From Raphidiopsis brookii D9 (GTDB lineage Bacteria; Cyanobacteriota; Cyanobacteriia; Cyanobacteriales; Nostocaceae), in contig ACYB01000005.1 in the NCBI GenBank assembly GCA_000175855.1, forward strand, positions 1 to 32,000: 32,000 nt of DNA, given 5' to 3'. The translations under genes and the position numbers were made by a program. The notes under the pieces were generated by a model. It saw only the letters and a program-made list of their open reading frames with translations. It searched no databases and had not been told where the DNA came from. Below, piece by piece: positions 1-11,074 of this stretch (positions are counted from its first letter, which is position 1; each line of letters starts with the position of its first letter).

Positions 1-1823
<1,823 letters not shown>

Positions 1824-1899
1824 GAAATTGAATTTACTCTTATCGAAATATATGCAGTCTTCAGGGTTTTGAAGTGGAAACTTTGAAACCGAGAGGTTT

Positions 1900-2017
1900 T
1901 CCTGGTGTCTATGGTGCGGTGGAACCACACTGATCCCTTCCCGAACTCAGAGGTGAAACGCTGTTGCGGCGACGATAGTATGGGGGTTGCCCTATGTCAA
2001 AATAGCTCGATGCCAGG
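1900..2017 (+). rRNA. rrf: 5S ribosomal RNA
   Basis: About 118 nt, lying ~75 nt after the 23S end. It contains the conserved 5S segment CCCGAACTCAGAGGTGAAACG. The termini CCTGGTG...TGCCAGG can pair as helix I. Confidence 0.93.
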
Positions 2018-2033
2018 TTTATTATTACACAAT

Positions 2034-2072
2034 CGCTCACTCCATTTATTATGGGGTGGGCGGTTTGGTTTT
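2034..2072 (+). terminator. Intrinsic terminator of the rrn operon
   Basis: CGCTCACTCCAT (2034-2045) pairs with ATGGGGTGGGCG (2051-2062): 12 bp including two G-U pairs. The loop is TTATT and a T-rich tail GTTTGGTTTT follows. Confidence 0.6.
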
Positions 2073-2099
2073 AATTATCCCAATTACCCGTAAAATTAC

Positions 2100-2576
2100 T
2101 TATTTTGCTGGTAACAATTTTGTCACCTTGAGTTTATAGCTACCAACTCCAGTTTCCCCAAAAGATCTTACCCTGATAATATATTTCCCGGTTTCAGTGA
2201 TGCGGACAAATAACAGGGAATTACTGGTGCCATCTGGACCATCATCATTTTCTCCTACCGTCGAACCATTGGGACCTAAAAGTGTGATAATTGTATCGAA
2301 GTTTTCCGAAGACGCATCAATTACTAGGTTATCTCCCTTGTTCAGGTTAATTTGATAATCGCGAGCAAATCCCCCCTGACCTGTGGGAATATCCTTGATG
2401 GTTAATTTATCTGTAATCTCCCCTTCTAGCTTTAATAGAATCGGATTATATATATTATCCTTACTATCTCTATTTCTAGTCTGGGCGATCGCCTGATGAG
2501 AGTAAATAATTATTGACAAAAGAGTTATGGGTAGAATAAGTACCTTGTTAAGAAAATGCATACAGTAGCTGTTCAT
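2100..2576 (-). CDS. Secreted hypothetical protein with a PPC-like (bacterial pre-peptidase C-terminal type) beta-sandwich domain
   Basis: The N-terminus is a hydrophobic signal-like segment ending AIAQ. The C-terminal pattern (DYQINLNKGDNLVIDASS..FDTIITLLGPNGSTVGENDD...YIIRVRSF...GSYKLKV) is typical of PPC domains. The true start may be the internal Met (MHFLNK). Confidence 0.55.
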   Translation of the reverse strand: MNSYCMHFLNKVLILPITLLSIIIYSHQAIAQTRNRDSKDNIYNPILLKLEGEITDKLTIKDIPTGQGGFARDYQINLNKGDNLVIDASSENFDTIITLLGPNGSTVGENDDGPDGTSNSLLFVRITETGKYIIRVRSFGETGVGSYKLKVTKLLPAK

Positions 2577-2610
2577 AGTTTGTTAACAGGTTATGAATAA
2601 AGTATATATT

Positions 2611-3273
2611 CTATGGACCATGCTTAATAGCTTTGGCTACAGTAGCGAAACCAATGACATTTATTCCATAACCATCGAGGGTATGTGTAGCAGAATTAGC
2701 GGTTGCTCCTGTAGTGTAAATATCATCAACTAACAATATAGGTTTACTAGGATAGTGATTGACAAAATCCTTACCCAAATCAAAAGCACCCATTAAGTTC
2801 TTTTGCCTTTTATCAGCTGATATTTCAAATTGTGGTTGTGTATGTTTGATTCTCATTAATCCATGGGATTTTAACCTGAGCCCTGTCACGTCACAAAAAC
2901 CTCTGGCAATAAGCTCAGATTGATTAAAACCTCGTATTTTCATTTTATCCGGGTGTAATGGTATGGGTACGATTACAGGAGCTGGATATTTACAGCTAGA
3001 ATTTAACAACCATGATCCTCCTAAGAGCTGGCCCAAAAAGAGTGCTATTTCTGGGCGGTTTTCATATTTCATCATGATAATAGCCCTTTTTAATATTCCC
3101 CCGTAGTTACCCCAAGTAAAAAGAGGTATGGGGGATGAGCAATTGGGGTCATGTAAACAACTTTTTTGCAATTGTTGATTACAGTATGGACAAAATAAGT
3201 TTGGTGTATTACGTTGGCAAAGAGGACAGGTGTTCTGCAAAAAGAGATTTAGTAAACCTTTCAGCATAGTCAT
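2611..3273 (-). CDS. comF: ComF family protein (phosphoribosyltransferase-fold competence protein)
   Basis: N-terminal double CxxC zinc-finger-like motifs (CPLC...CPYC) and a C-terminal PRTase motif LLVDDIYTTGAT. Length 220 aa. Confidence 0.8.
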   Translation of the reverse strand: MTMLKGLLNLFLQNTCPLCQRNTPNLFCPYCNQQLQKSCLHDPNCSSPIPLFTWGNYGGILKRAIIMMKYENRPEIALFLGQLLGGSWLLNSSCKYPAPVIVPIPLHPDKMKIRGFNQSELIARGFCDVTGLRLKSHGLMRIKHTQPQFEISADKRQKNLMGAFDLGKDFVNHYPSKPILLVDDIYTTGATANSATHTLDGYGINVIGFATVAKAIKHGP

Positions 3274-3431
3274 TAGCCATTACTGATTGCATCCCCAATG
3301 TAACACAATTATTTCTACTTCACAAGAATTTCTAGCGTTTTCTACAATTGAAATAAAATGTTTTCAACCCTCACTTTACCAAATGGTCAGGTGAAACCTA
3401 TAATTATTAGCCATCATTAGTTTACGTACTT

Positions 3432-5012
3432 ATGTCTAAGGTTCTTGTTTCCGATCCAATTGATCAAGCTGGTATTGATATTCTCTCTCAAGTAGCTACA
3501 GTTGATGTCAAAACAGGCTTAAAACCAGCCGAATTAGTAGCAATCATTGGTGAATATGACGCACTCATGATTCGTTCGGGAACCCGGGTTACAGAAGAAA
3601 TTATCGAAGCTGGTACCCAATTAAAAATTATTGGTCGTGCTGGTGTAGGTGTGGATAATGTTGATGTGCCAACTGCCACTCGAAAAGGCATTGTAGTAGT
3701 TAATTCCCCTGAAGGAAATACCATCGCAGCAGCAGAACATACCCTGGCAATGATGTTATCCTTATCTCGTCATATTCCTGATGCTAATACCTCCCTAAAA
3801 AAGGGAGAATGGGATAGAAAAACCTTTGTTGGTGCAGAAATATACAAAAAAATTCTAGGTGTTGTTGGATTAGGAAAAATAGGTTCCCATGTAGCTCATG
3901 TGGCCAAAGCCATGGGTATGAAATTATTGGCCTACGATCCTTTTATTTCTACCGAAAGGGCCGAACAAATTGGTTGTCAACTGGTAGATCTAGACCTACT
4001 TTTTCAACAAGCGGACTATATCACCCTACATATTCCAAAACACCGGAAAACAACCAACTTAATTAATGCTAAAACCCTAGGTAAAATGAAACCCACCACC
4101 CGCATCATTAACTGTGCTAGGGGTGGTATAATTGATGAGTTGGCCCTAGCGGATGCCATTAAAAACGGTAAAATTGCTGGTGCTGCACTAGACGTATTCC
4201 AGTCTGAACCCCTGGGAGATTCCCCCCTGCGATCGCTGGGCAAAGAAATAATTCTTACGCCTCATTTAGGTGCATCTACTACAGAGGCCCAGGTAAACGT
4301 CTCCATAGACGTGGCGGAGCAAATTAGGGATGTATTATTAGGGCTACCAGCTCGCTCAGCAGTAAACATTCCCGGATTAGGGCCTGACATTATAGAAGAG
4401 CTCAAACCCTATATGCAGTTGGCAGAAACCCTAGGTAATCTGGTAGGACAATTAGCAGGTGGGAGAATAGAAACACTGAATGTTAAACTTCAAGGAGATC
4501 TGGCCACCAACAAAAGTCAACCCTTAGTAGTAGCAGCATTAAAAGGACTACTATATCAAGCATTAAGGGAACGGGTTAACTATGTTAATGCAACCATAGA
4601 AGCCAAAGAAAGAGGTATTAGAGTCATTGAGACTAGAGATGCTTCAGCTAGAGACTATGCAGGTTCATTGCATTTAGAAGCTACAGGTACATTAGGAACT
4701 CATTCTGTCACTGGTGCTTTATTAGGAGAGAAGGAAATACACCTCACAGATGTAGATGGGTTCCCTATCAATGTACCACCCAGCAAATATATGCTATTTA
4801 CCCTGCACCGAGACATGCCAGGAATTATTGGCAAATTGGGTTCCTTATTGGGGAGTTTCAATGTCAACATTGCCAGCATGCAAGTGGGGAGAAAAATTGT
4901 GCGTGGTGATGCGGTTATGGCCTTGAGTATTGATGACCCATTGCCAGATGGCATTCTGGAAGAAATTAAACAAGTTTCTGGAATTCGGGATGCTTATACA
5001 GTAACCCTATAG
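3432..5012 (+). CDS. serA: D-3-phosphoglycerate dehydrogenase
   Basis: 526 aa. Contains the GxGxxG NAD site (GVVGLGKIGS), the catalytic CARGG..DE and HLGAST motifs, and a C-terminal ACT domain. An odd tripeptide HRK replaces the expected TPE (see findings). Confidence 0.95.
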   Translation: MSKVLVSDPIDQAGIDILSQVATVDVKTGLKPAELVAIIGEYDALMIRSGTRVTEEIIEAGTQLKIIGRAGVGVDNVDVPTATRKGIVVVNSPEGNTIAAAEHTLAMMLSLSRHIPDANTSLKKGEWDRKTFVGAEIYKKILGVVGLGKIGSHVAHVAKAMGMKLLAYDPFISTERAEQIGCQLVDLDLLFQQADYITLHIPKHRKTTNLINAKTLGKMKPTTRIINCARGGIIDELALADAIKNGKIAGAALDVFQSEPLGDSPLRSLGKEIILTPHLGASTTEAQVNVSIDVAEQIRDVLLGLPARSAVNIPGLGPDIIEELKPYMQLAETLGNLVGQLAGGRIETLNVKLQGDLATNKSQPLVVAALKGLLYQALRERVNYVNATIEAKERGIRVIETRDASARDYAGSLHLEATGTLGTHSVTGALLGEKEIHLTDVDGFPINVPPSKYMLFTLHRDMPGIIGKLGSLLGSFNVNIASMQVGRKIVRGDAVMALSIDDPLPDGILEEIKQVSGIRDAYTVTL

Positions 5013-5027
5013 ATTTGGGTTGGGGAA

Positions 5028-5956
5028 ATGGGGGAATTGAGTATGAACATTAGTAATGACAAAAACATAATGACAAATACCTGGTGGGAAATCCAAATTT
5101 TATGTACACCTGACTTGGAAGATTCTATCTTTTGGCGCTTAGAAACCTTAGGTTGTCGGGGCGTTGCTGTGGAAAAAAAGGATAGGCTTCTATTAATTAG
5201 AGCTTATCTCTCCACCTTACAGACACAATTATCAGACCTCACTAACTTATCAACATTATTACATGAAGATTCAACAGCTATTGGTTTACCTACCCCCGAA
5301 TTAAATTGGCATCAAATTAATGAAGAGGACTGGTCTACCAGTTGGAAGCAATATTGGCAACCTCAGGAAATAGGTAATCAGTTTTTGATTAATCCTGCAT
5401 GGCTACCCATACCCCTATCCACATCCAGATTGGTTATCCGTCTTGACCCGGGAGTAGCTTTCGGTACGGGAAATCACGCCACCACCCAATTGTGTCTGGA
5501 ATCTTTAGAAAAATATTTAACTCAAAATAGTGATCCCCAAGTAATTGCAGATATTGGCTGTGGTTCAGGTATTTTGGGCATAGGCGCACTTCTACTAGGT
5601 GCGAAAAAAGTCTATGGGGTAGATAATGACCCTTTAGCAGTAGAATCGACTAATAGTAATTGTATTTTGAATCATCTCAATCCAGAAAAATTAACCTGCG
5701 CCCTAGGTAGTGTACATACCCTAACAGAAATTCTCACTGAACCCCTAGATGGCATAGTTTGCAACATCTTAGCTGACGTAATTATTGAGTTAATTCCACA
5801 AATGACGGACCTGGTCAAACCCGGTTCCTGGGGAATATTTAGTGGTATTTTAGTAGAACAGTCTCCATCCGTAATTACCATATTGGAAAAAACAGTTGGG
5901 TACTAGATAAAGTTTGGCAGCGTCAAGAATGGTGTTGTCTAAACGCTAGAAGGTAA
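5028..5956 (+). pseudogene. prmA: Ribosomal protein L11 methyltransferase, C-terminus displaced by a 1-nt frameshift in an A-run
   Basis: SAM-binding motif [10 protein letters not shown] and FGTGNHATT are present. The called ORF stops at 5906. The conserved C-terminal peptide [21 protein letters not shown] continues in another frame to a TAA at 5954-5956. The two frames join at the A6 run 5887-5892. The likely true start is Met15 at 5070 (MTNTWWEIQ). Confidence 0.85.
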
Positions 5957-6003
5957 TTAGAGGACCTAAGTCCCCCAATTATTCCCTAACTATCAAATAA
6001 CTG

Positions 6004-6333
6004 TCAAATCAAAGCTTTTAAACGTTCAATTAATTGAGGTGCTTGTACTACACCCTCAATTTTATTAACTGGCTGACCATTTTTAAACAAGATGAGAGTT
6101 GGTAATGCTTCTATGCGATATTGAGTGGCTAATTGAGAATATTTCTCAGTATCGATTTTCACAACCCTTAGCTGACCTTGGAAATGAGTATTAACCATCT
6201 CCAAGATGGGAGTCATCATCTGACACGGACCACACCATTCAGCGTAAAAATCGACCAGCACGGGTACATCGGATCCCGATAACATTTCTTCAAAGCTATT
6301 AAATTGTTTTTTAGTTGTCATAACGGTACACAC
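6004..6333 (-). CDS. Thioredoxin
   Basis: WCGPC active site, ~105 aa thioredoxin fold length. The likely start is the internal Met (MTTKKQ). Confidence 0.9.
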   Translation of the reverse strand: MCTVMTTKKQFNSFEEMLSGSDVPVLVDFYAEWCGPCQMMTPILEMVNTHFQGQLRVVKIDTEKYSQLATQYRIEALPTLILFKNGQPVNKIEGVVQAPQLIERLKALI

Positions 6334-6412
6334 CTAACAGTTACTGCTTTCTCAATAGTAGTTGGCAACCAACAAAAATCAACCTAAATTAGACGTTCTA
6401 TCAGAAGATCTC

Positions 6413-7291
6413 CTAACGGAGGGAGTAGGGAACAGTTGGGCAAAACTGCACCTGCTCCACCAAGGGAGTATAACCTAACCATGGCGTTCCCGATTGGGAA
6501 AAGTGTTGAGGAGACCCACTAACGACAAAACGAGTGGGCATAGGTAATAGGTGATTTTTGATGTTTAGTATTTCTAACTCTCGCTGACAGACCCTAACAA
6601 CATGAACTGCAGGATCTACCAGATGAATGTGATTTGGTATGAGAGTCTTTATTATAGGTTCAAGTAAAGGATAATGAGTACATCCATAGATTAAAGTATC
6701 TATTTCCTGTGCTAATAAAGGTTCGAGATAGGATTTAGCAACTGCAAGAGTGTAGGGGTCATGAAGGCGATTTTGTTCGATTAAGGGAACAAATTCAGGA
6801 CAACTTACTTGCCATACCTGAACATTAGGTTTAAGTTCCATTATTGCCTGACGATAGGCATTACTTTTAGCTGTAGCAGGCGTGGCAATCACACCAATCC
6901 GCTTACCCACATTTACAGCAAACTTAGTAGCAGGCGAAATCATTCCCAAAATAGGGAATTTATATTCCAAACGAACTGTTTCTAAAGTGAGAGCGGAACT
7001 GGTGTTACAGGCCATAATCACCATTTTCACCCCCTGTTGTTCCATCCAATTGAGTATTTCCCTGACATATCCTAAGATTTCCTTTTGGGAGCGGATACCA
7101 TAGGGAAGATGGGCCGTATCCCCAAAATAAATAACCGACTCATTAGGTAGTTGCTGATAAACTTGTCGCAAGACTGTTAATCCACCCACACCACTGTCAA
7201 ACACACCAATGGGAGATTTGGGAATTTCCTCAAGAGTTAGAAACTGGTTGCTGATTTGGGGATTATCTTCAAAAGTGGGATATGGGTGCAT
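6413..7291 (-). CDS. murI: Glutamate racemase
   Basis: Contains GVFDSGVGGLTV, MACNTSS and GCTHYP, which carry the two catalytic-Cys motifs of MurI. Confidence 0.92.
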   Translation of the reverse strand: MHPYPTFEDNPQISNQFLTLEEIPKSPIGVFDSGVGGLTVLRQVYQQLPNESVIYFGDTAHLPYGIRSQKEILGYVREILNWMEQQGVKMVIMACNTSSALTLETVRLEYKFPILGMISPATKFAVNVGKRIGVIATPATAKSNAYRQAIMELKPNVQVWQVSCPEFVPLIEQNRLHDPYTLAVAKSYLEPLLAQEIDTLIYGCTHYPLLEPIIKTLIPNHIHLVDPAVHVVRVCQRELEILNIKNHLLPMPTRFVVSGSPQHFSQSGTPWLGYTPLVEQVQFCPTVPYSLR

Positions 7292-7339
7292 AGAAGAATA
7301 GAGACTAGGTTAGCATACTGCATACTATAGAATACCAGT

Positions 7340-9196
7340 TCATCTTTGTTTTAAATACTGGAGAATTCCCTGAGCAATGGCCTGGGCCATTTGATTTTGA
7401 TAGGTAGACCTTTGTAAATTAGCCACATCCTCTTCTCCCGTCAGATAACCAAGTTCTACCAAAATCGAGGGGATAGAATTTTTTCTCAGGACATAAAATC
7501 TTGCCTTCCTGACTCTTCTGTCCTTGACATTGACATTTTGCAAAATTTTGTTGTGAACAGTTCGTGCTAGCTCTAAACCACTATCATAATAATAGGTTTC
7601 TAATCCGCTGACCTCAGGACGATTAAGACCTGCTGAATTAGCATGAATACTGACAAATATATCAGCTCCAGTGCGCTGTGCCATTTCCACCCTTCCTGGA
7701 AGGGTAACAAAGTAGTCAGCATCTCTGGTTAATACGGTCTCTACACCATTTTCTTGCAGAATTTTAGCAATTCTTAGGCTAACGGGCAAAATAATATCTT
7801 TTTCCTGGACCCCAGCAATCCCTATAGCTCCTGCATCTTTGCCACCATGTCCTGGATCAATCATAACTAGCAATTTACCGTTAGGGGTGGTACGACGAGG
7901 AAGGGGATTGTTTTCTGGTTTGGCGTTGGGATCTGGTAAGTGATTACTTCCATCTGGACCCAGGGGGGGTAAGCCAATTGGCGATCTTACCCTTTCGATT
8001 GGCAAGGACAACATGCCGTTGTTAGTTCGATTAGGTTGACCAATACGAACTCCTGATGCTGGCTGTACTAGAATAATTACATTGTTTAACGTCCCAGACT
8101 GGACACGCAGTCCTAATACTGGACTGTTAGGTGGTAAATTGACTCTGGAAGCTTGAGGTGCTAATTTGGCATTATTAATACTAATGCGAAACATGGCGGA
8201 ACCTCTGTCCCAACCTGTGGTTACAGATGATTTGTGACCACCTTTAATTAATAACTCTGTACCATTGTCGCTTAACTGCACCGATTCAATGATATCAGTC
8301 CCAGTTTCATTATTATTTTCTACGTCATTAATATCAGGAAAATTAGGGGTTAGGGTTTGACCTCCCTCCCGTGAGTTAACAAATCCCTTCACTGGTGAAA
8401 TCACCAGTCCATCGCCAACAGTGCTTACTTCCCAATCGGGACTTTTTGGATCTACCTTCAAGCTGACTTGGACTGTGCTGGGTGTAGTTCGCAATTGGAT
8501 CAGCTGAACCCGAGTAACGCCATGACGATTAACCAAGATGCTTCTTGCTGTTAATTGTGGGGACAAACTCGCACCCGCAATATTCATAAATATGGTAGTC
8601 CGGTCAACACTGCGGTTGATTCTAGCTTGGGGGGAGATACCACTAGTGCGAATGAAGAAACCATCTCCAGTAGTTTGTAATTTTTCAACTTGGGTTTTTC
8701 CCGCTGAAGAAAACTCTGGTGGAGATTGGGAAGAATCTATGGTTGCTAAATTATAATTGGAGTTGTCATCTTTATTATTGTTATCCTGTGGGGTGTTGGA
8801 GAATACCCGCTCTAGTTTTGGTAGTTGCACTATCCAGCGACTACCAGTGACAGGTGTAAACTTGATAGCTTGAGGGTCAACCGTATAACCCGGATTTAAT
8901 TCCACTACTACACGGGTAGTTTGGGGATCAAACTGTCCTATGCGAACTACACGAATCCCACCACCTATGGGTCGAGCAACTTGGGGTTGACCAAATTTGG
9001 TGTTAGGTAAATCAATTACCAATCGCGTAGGGTTAAAAACTAATTGAGCTTGTGGTTGAACGGTTCCAGTTGTTCTAAATTCTAGCTTGTTTTCCTTAGC
9101 ATCAAACCGCCAAGAGTCAAATTGAGCCGCTAAACTAGGTGAAGACAGTAAAAGAACTGTTCCAATTGTTCCCGTTAGTAAGTAGTGTAGTCTCAA
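7340..9196 (-). CDS. amiC: N-acetylmuramoyl-L-alanine amidase with N-terminal AMIN repeats (AmiC type)
   Basis: Signal peptide; two clear and possibly three AMIN-like beta-rich repeats; a Pro/Asn-rich linker; and a C-terminal Amidase_3 domain (IDPGHGGKDAGA...SIHANS...E). Lies directly upstream of murI on the same strand. Confidence 0.88.
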   Translation of the reverse strand: MRLHYLLTGTIGTVLLLSSPSLAAQFDSWRFDAKENKLEFRTTGTVQPQAQLVFNPTRLVIDLPNTKFGQPQVARPIGGGIRVVRIGQFDPQTTRVVVELNPGYTVDPQAIKFTPVTGSRWIVQLPKLERVFSNTPQDNNNKDDNSNYNLATIDSSQSPPEFSSAGKTQVEKLQTTGDGFFIRTSGISPQARINRSVDRTTIFMNIAGASLSPQLTARSILVNRHGVTRVQLIQLRTTPSTVQVSLKVDPKSPDWEVSTVGDGLVISPVKGFVNSREGGQTLTPNFPDINDVENNNETGTDIIESVQLSDNGTELLIKGGHKSSVTTGWDRGSAMFRISINNAKLAPQASRVNLPPNSPVLGLRVQSGTLNNVIILVQPASGVRIGQPNRTNNGMLSLPIERVRSPIGLPPLGPDGSNHLPDPNAKPENNPLPRRTTPNGKLLVMIDPGHGGKDAGAIGIAGVQEKDIILPVSLRIAKILQENGVETVLTRDADYFVTLPGRVEMAQRTGADIFVSIHANSAGLNRPEVSGLETYYYDSGLELARTVHNKILQNVNVKDRRVRKARFYVLRKNSIPSILVELGYLTGEEDVANLQRSTYQNQMAQAIAQGILQYLKQR

Positions 9197-9252
9197 ATCC
9201 CTTCTCCTATGTTTAACATCATAGACTTAATCAATATCCCAATCTGGGAATT

Positions 9253-9276
9253 TTGCCAAGTCGTGGTTGCCAAGTC
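9253..9276. repeat. Direct repeat TTGCCAAGTC x2 (4-nt spacer) in the amiC upstream region
   Basis: Exact 10-mers at 9253-9262 and 9267-9276, which is 57-80 nt upstream of the amiC start codon (9196, minus strand). Confidence 0.9.
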
Positions 9277-9356
9277 TGTAGATAACCATCTCTTGGCTAA
9301 GGCTATATGTCGGGACGGTAATATACAAATATAAGTTTCAAGTTTCCCCATTTCCC

Positions 9357-10749
9357 CTATACCTCTGAGGTGGAATCTATTGCAACCGAAGATTCCCCTT
9401 GGGGAAAGACAACTCGTAACAGGGGAGGAGCTAAAAAGGTGGTGATAATTACCATCATAATTATTGCTGCTCCTAAAGGTTTGGAAAGCACTCCACTAGC
9501 TGCACCAACTCCCGCAAATACTAACCCTACCTCACCTCTGGGAATCATACCTACACCAATGGCTAAACGGTTAATACCTGGCTGACCAAAAACGGCTAAA
9601 CCTGTAATCACTTTACCAATAATCGCTATTGTAATCAGGAAGGTAGCCATCACCAGTCCTTCTCTATTGGTTGGTATAGCTGGATTTAACACTCCTAAAT
9701 CTGTTTTCGCTCCTACTGCTACAAAGAAAATTGGCACTAACATGTCTGCAATTGGTATAACTTGCTTCTGCAGTTCCTTTCTCTTTTCTGTCTCCTCTAA
9801 AACTAATCCAGCTGCAAATGCTCCTAATATCGCTTCTAGATTAATAATGTCCGCCAGGTAGGACATGATGAACGCAAAAATAAAAGCGGGAATTACCACT
9901 CCCCCTGGTCTTCAACACATCCGCGATCGCCACGAAGGATTTGTTAAAAATATTACCGAGGATTACGGCACCAATAATAAATCCAGTAGCGCTGGCTATT
10001 AAATAAATTACGTTACCCACATCAACCGCACCATCTTTAGCTAAACTGGCAACCACCGCCAAAACGATAATTCCTAAGATATCATCTATGACAGCTGCAC
10101 CAAGGATAATCTGTCCCTCTTTGGAATTCAACCTACCAATTTCCGAAAGCACTCTGGAGGTAATACCAATACTAGTAGCAGTTAAAGCTGCACCAGCAAA
10201 AATAGCAGGTATTGGGGCAATGCCAAAAATTATCATCAACCCTGCTGTACCCGCTGCAAAGGGAACAGCTACTCCTACCACTGCGACGACAAACGCTTGA
10301 ATGCCAACTTCCATCAAATCTTTTAAGTTGGACTCCAACCCTATTTCAAACAGAAGAATAATTACACCCAATTCGGCTAAAACGGAAATTACCTCCGATT
10401 GAGCAGCAAATACTGCGGGTGTAGCTTCTGGTGTTAACCCAGCGGTAATTTGCAAGAAGGACATAATCAAGGAACTGGAGCTATCGGTACCACCTTCTGG
10501 AAATACTAGTAAATGTAGGACTGATGTACCAATAACTACACCTCCCACTAATTCACCCAGAACCGGTGGAAATCCTAATTTGTTGGATAGTTCACCCCCT
10601 ACCTTACTAGCTAGGTAAATAACTACTAAACTGAGGAGAACTGCTGCTACCACCATGGTATTGTCCACCGGTTCGTTGGTAGAGCTACCTAAGAGGGGAA
10701 TAGTAAACCTCGTGAAAATGGTCACATCAATTGTATTTATGAGTGGCAT
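9357..10749 (-). pseudogene. Cation:proton antiporter (Na+/H+ exchanger family, NhaS3-like), split into two ORFs by a 1-nt frameshift
   Basis: ORFs 9841..10749 and 9357..9899 overlap by 59 nt and together form one ~460 aa polytopic Na_H_exchanger-type protein. Dropping one base from the run 9901-9905 (C5 on +, G5 on the coding strand) gives the continuous sequence ...LKTRGVVIPAFIFAFIMSYLAD... Confidence 0.82.
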
Positions 10750-10955
10750 TGGTTTTATAAATGTTTATGAGTTTTTTGTCCTTACCTTTTTATATCACTT
10801 TCCTCATATTTTTATCTGTGGTTTCAAATTAGATCGCTATTCCAGTTTTATACCGGTTAGGAAATCCCTTGTTCAATCTCAATGCGATCGCTCCTCTCTT
10901 TAGTCTAAACTCCAGTTATAATGTTAGCCTTGACATTCCTCAAAAAGCACAAATT

Positions 10956-11063
10956 ATGGACAACAGCAATACTTTAGATTTAATCACTGGAGGACTAGCA
11001 GTCCTCATTTTACTAGGTGGGATGGTGATGATGTTTACCACTGTCTTTACCACTAAAAGATAA
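10956..11063 (+). CDS. Possible 35-aa single-pass membrane peptide (hypothetical)
   Basis: The ATG at 10956 gives MDNSNTLDLITGGLAVLILLGGMVMMFTTVFTTKR: one hydrophobic helix with a basic C-terminus. A TATAAT (10917-10922) lies upstream. No family recognised. The 64-aa version in the ORF track has an implausible N-terminal extension. Confidence 0.25.
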   Translation: MDNSNTLDLITGGLAVLILLGGMVMMFTTVFTTKR

Positions 11064-11074
11064 TCCCATATTCC

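Noticed and set aside
2018-2099. tRNA gene distal to 5S
   Set aside because: No cloverleaf-compatible sequence or conserved T-loop (GTTCRANYC) is seen. The segment is explained by the terminator.
3488-4954. Antisense ORFs inside serA (3488..3724, 4016..4243, 4700..4954). Similar antisense or alternate-frame ORFs occur inside prmA, murI, amiC, the antiporters, dapF, the Kef-type gene, mutS (16155..16349, 16530..16826), the AI-2E gene, folD, crtE, the PAP2 gene, pdxJ, hisH, ald and hisS.
   Set aside because: Each is fully embedded in a much longer, family-recognisable gene. Their composition is low-complexity or Pro/Ser/Arg-rich, as is typical of shadow frames.
10655-10903. 82-aa ORF and the long (64-aa) version of 10869..11063
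   Set aside because: The first overlaps the antiporter 5' end and promoter and has Phe/Ile-rich AT-driven composition. For the second, only the distal ATG (10956) gives a plausible peptide.
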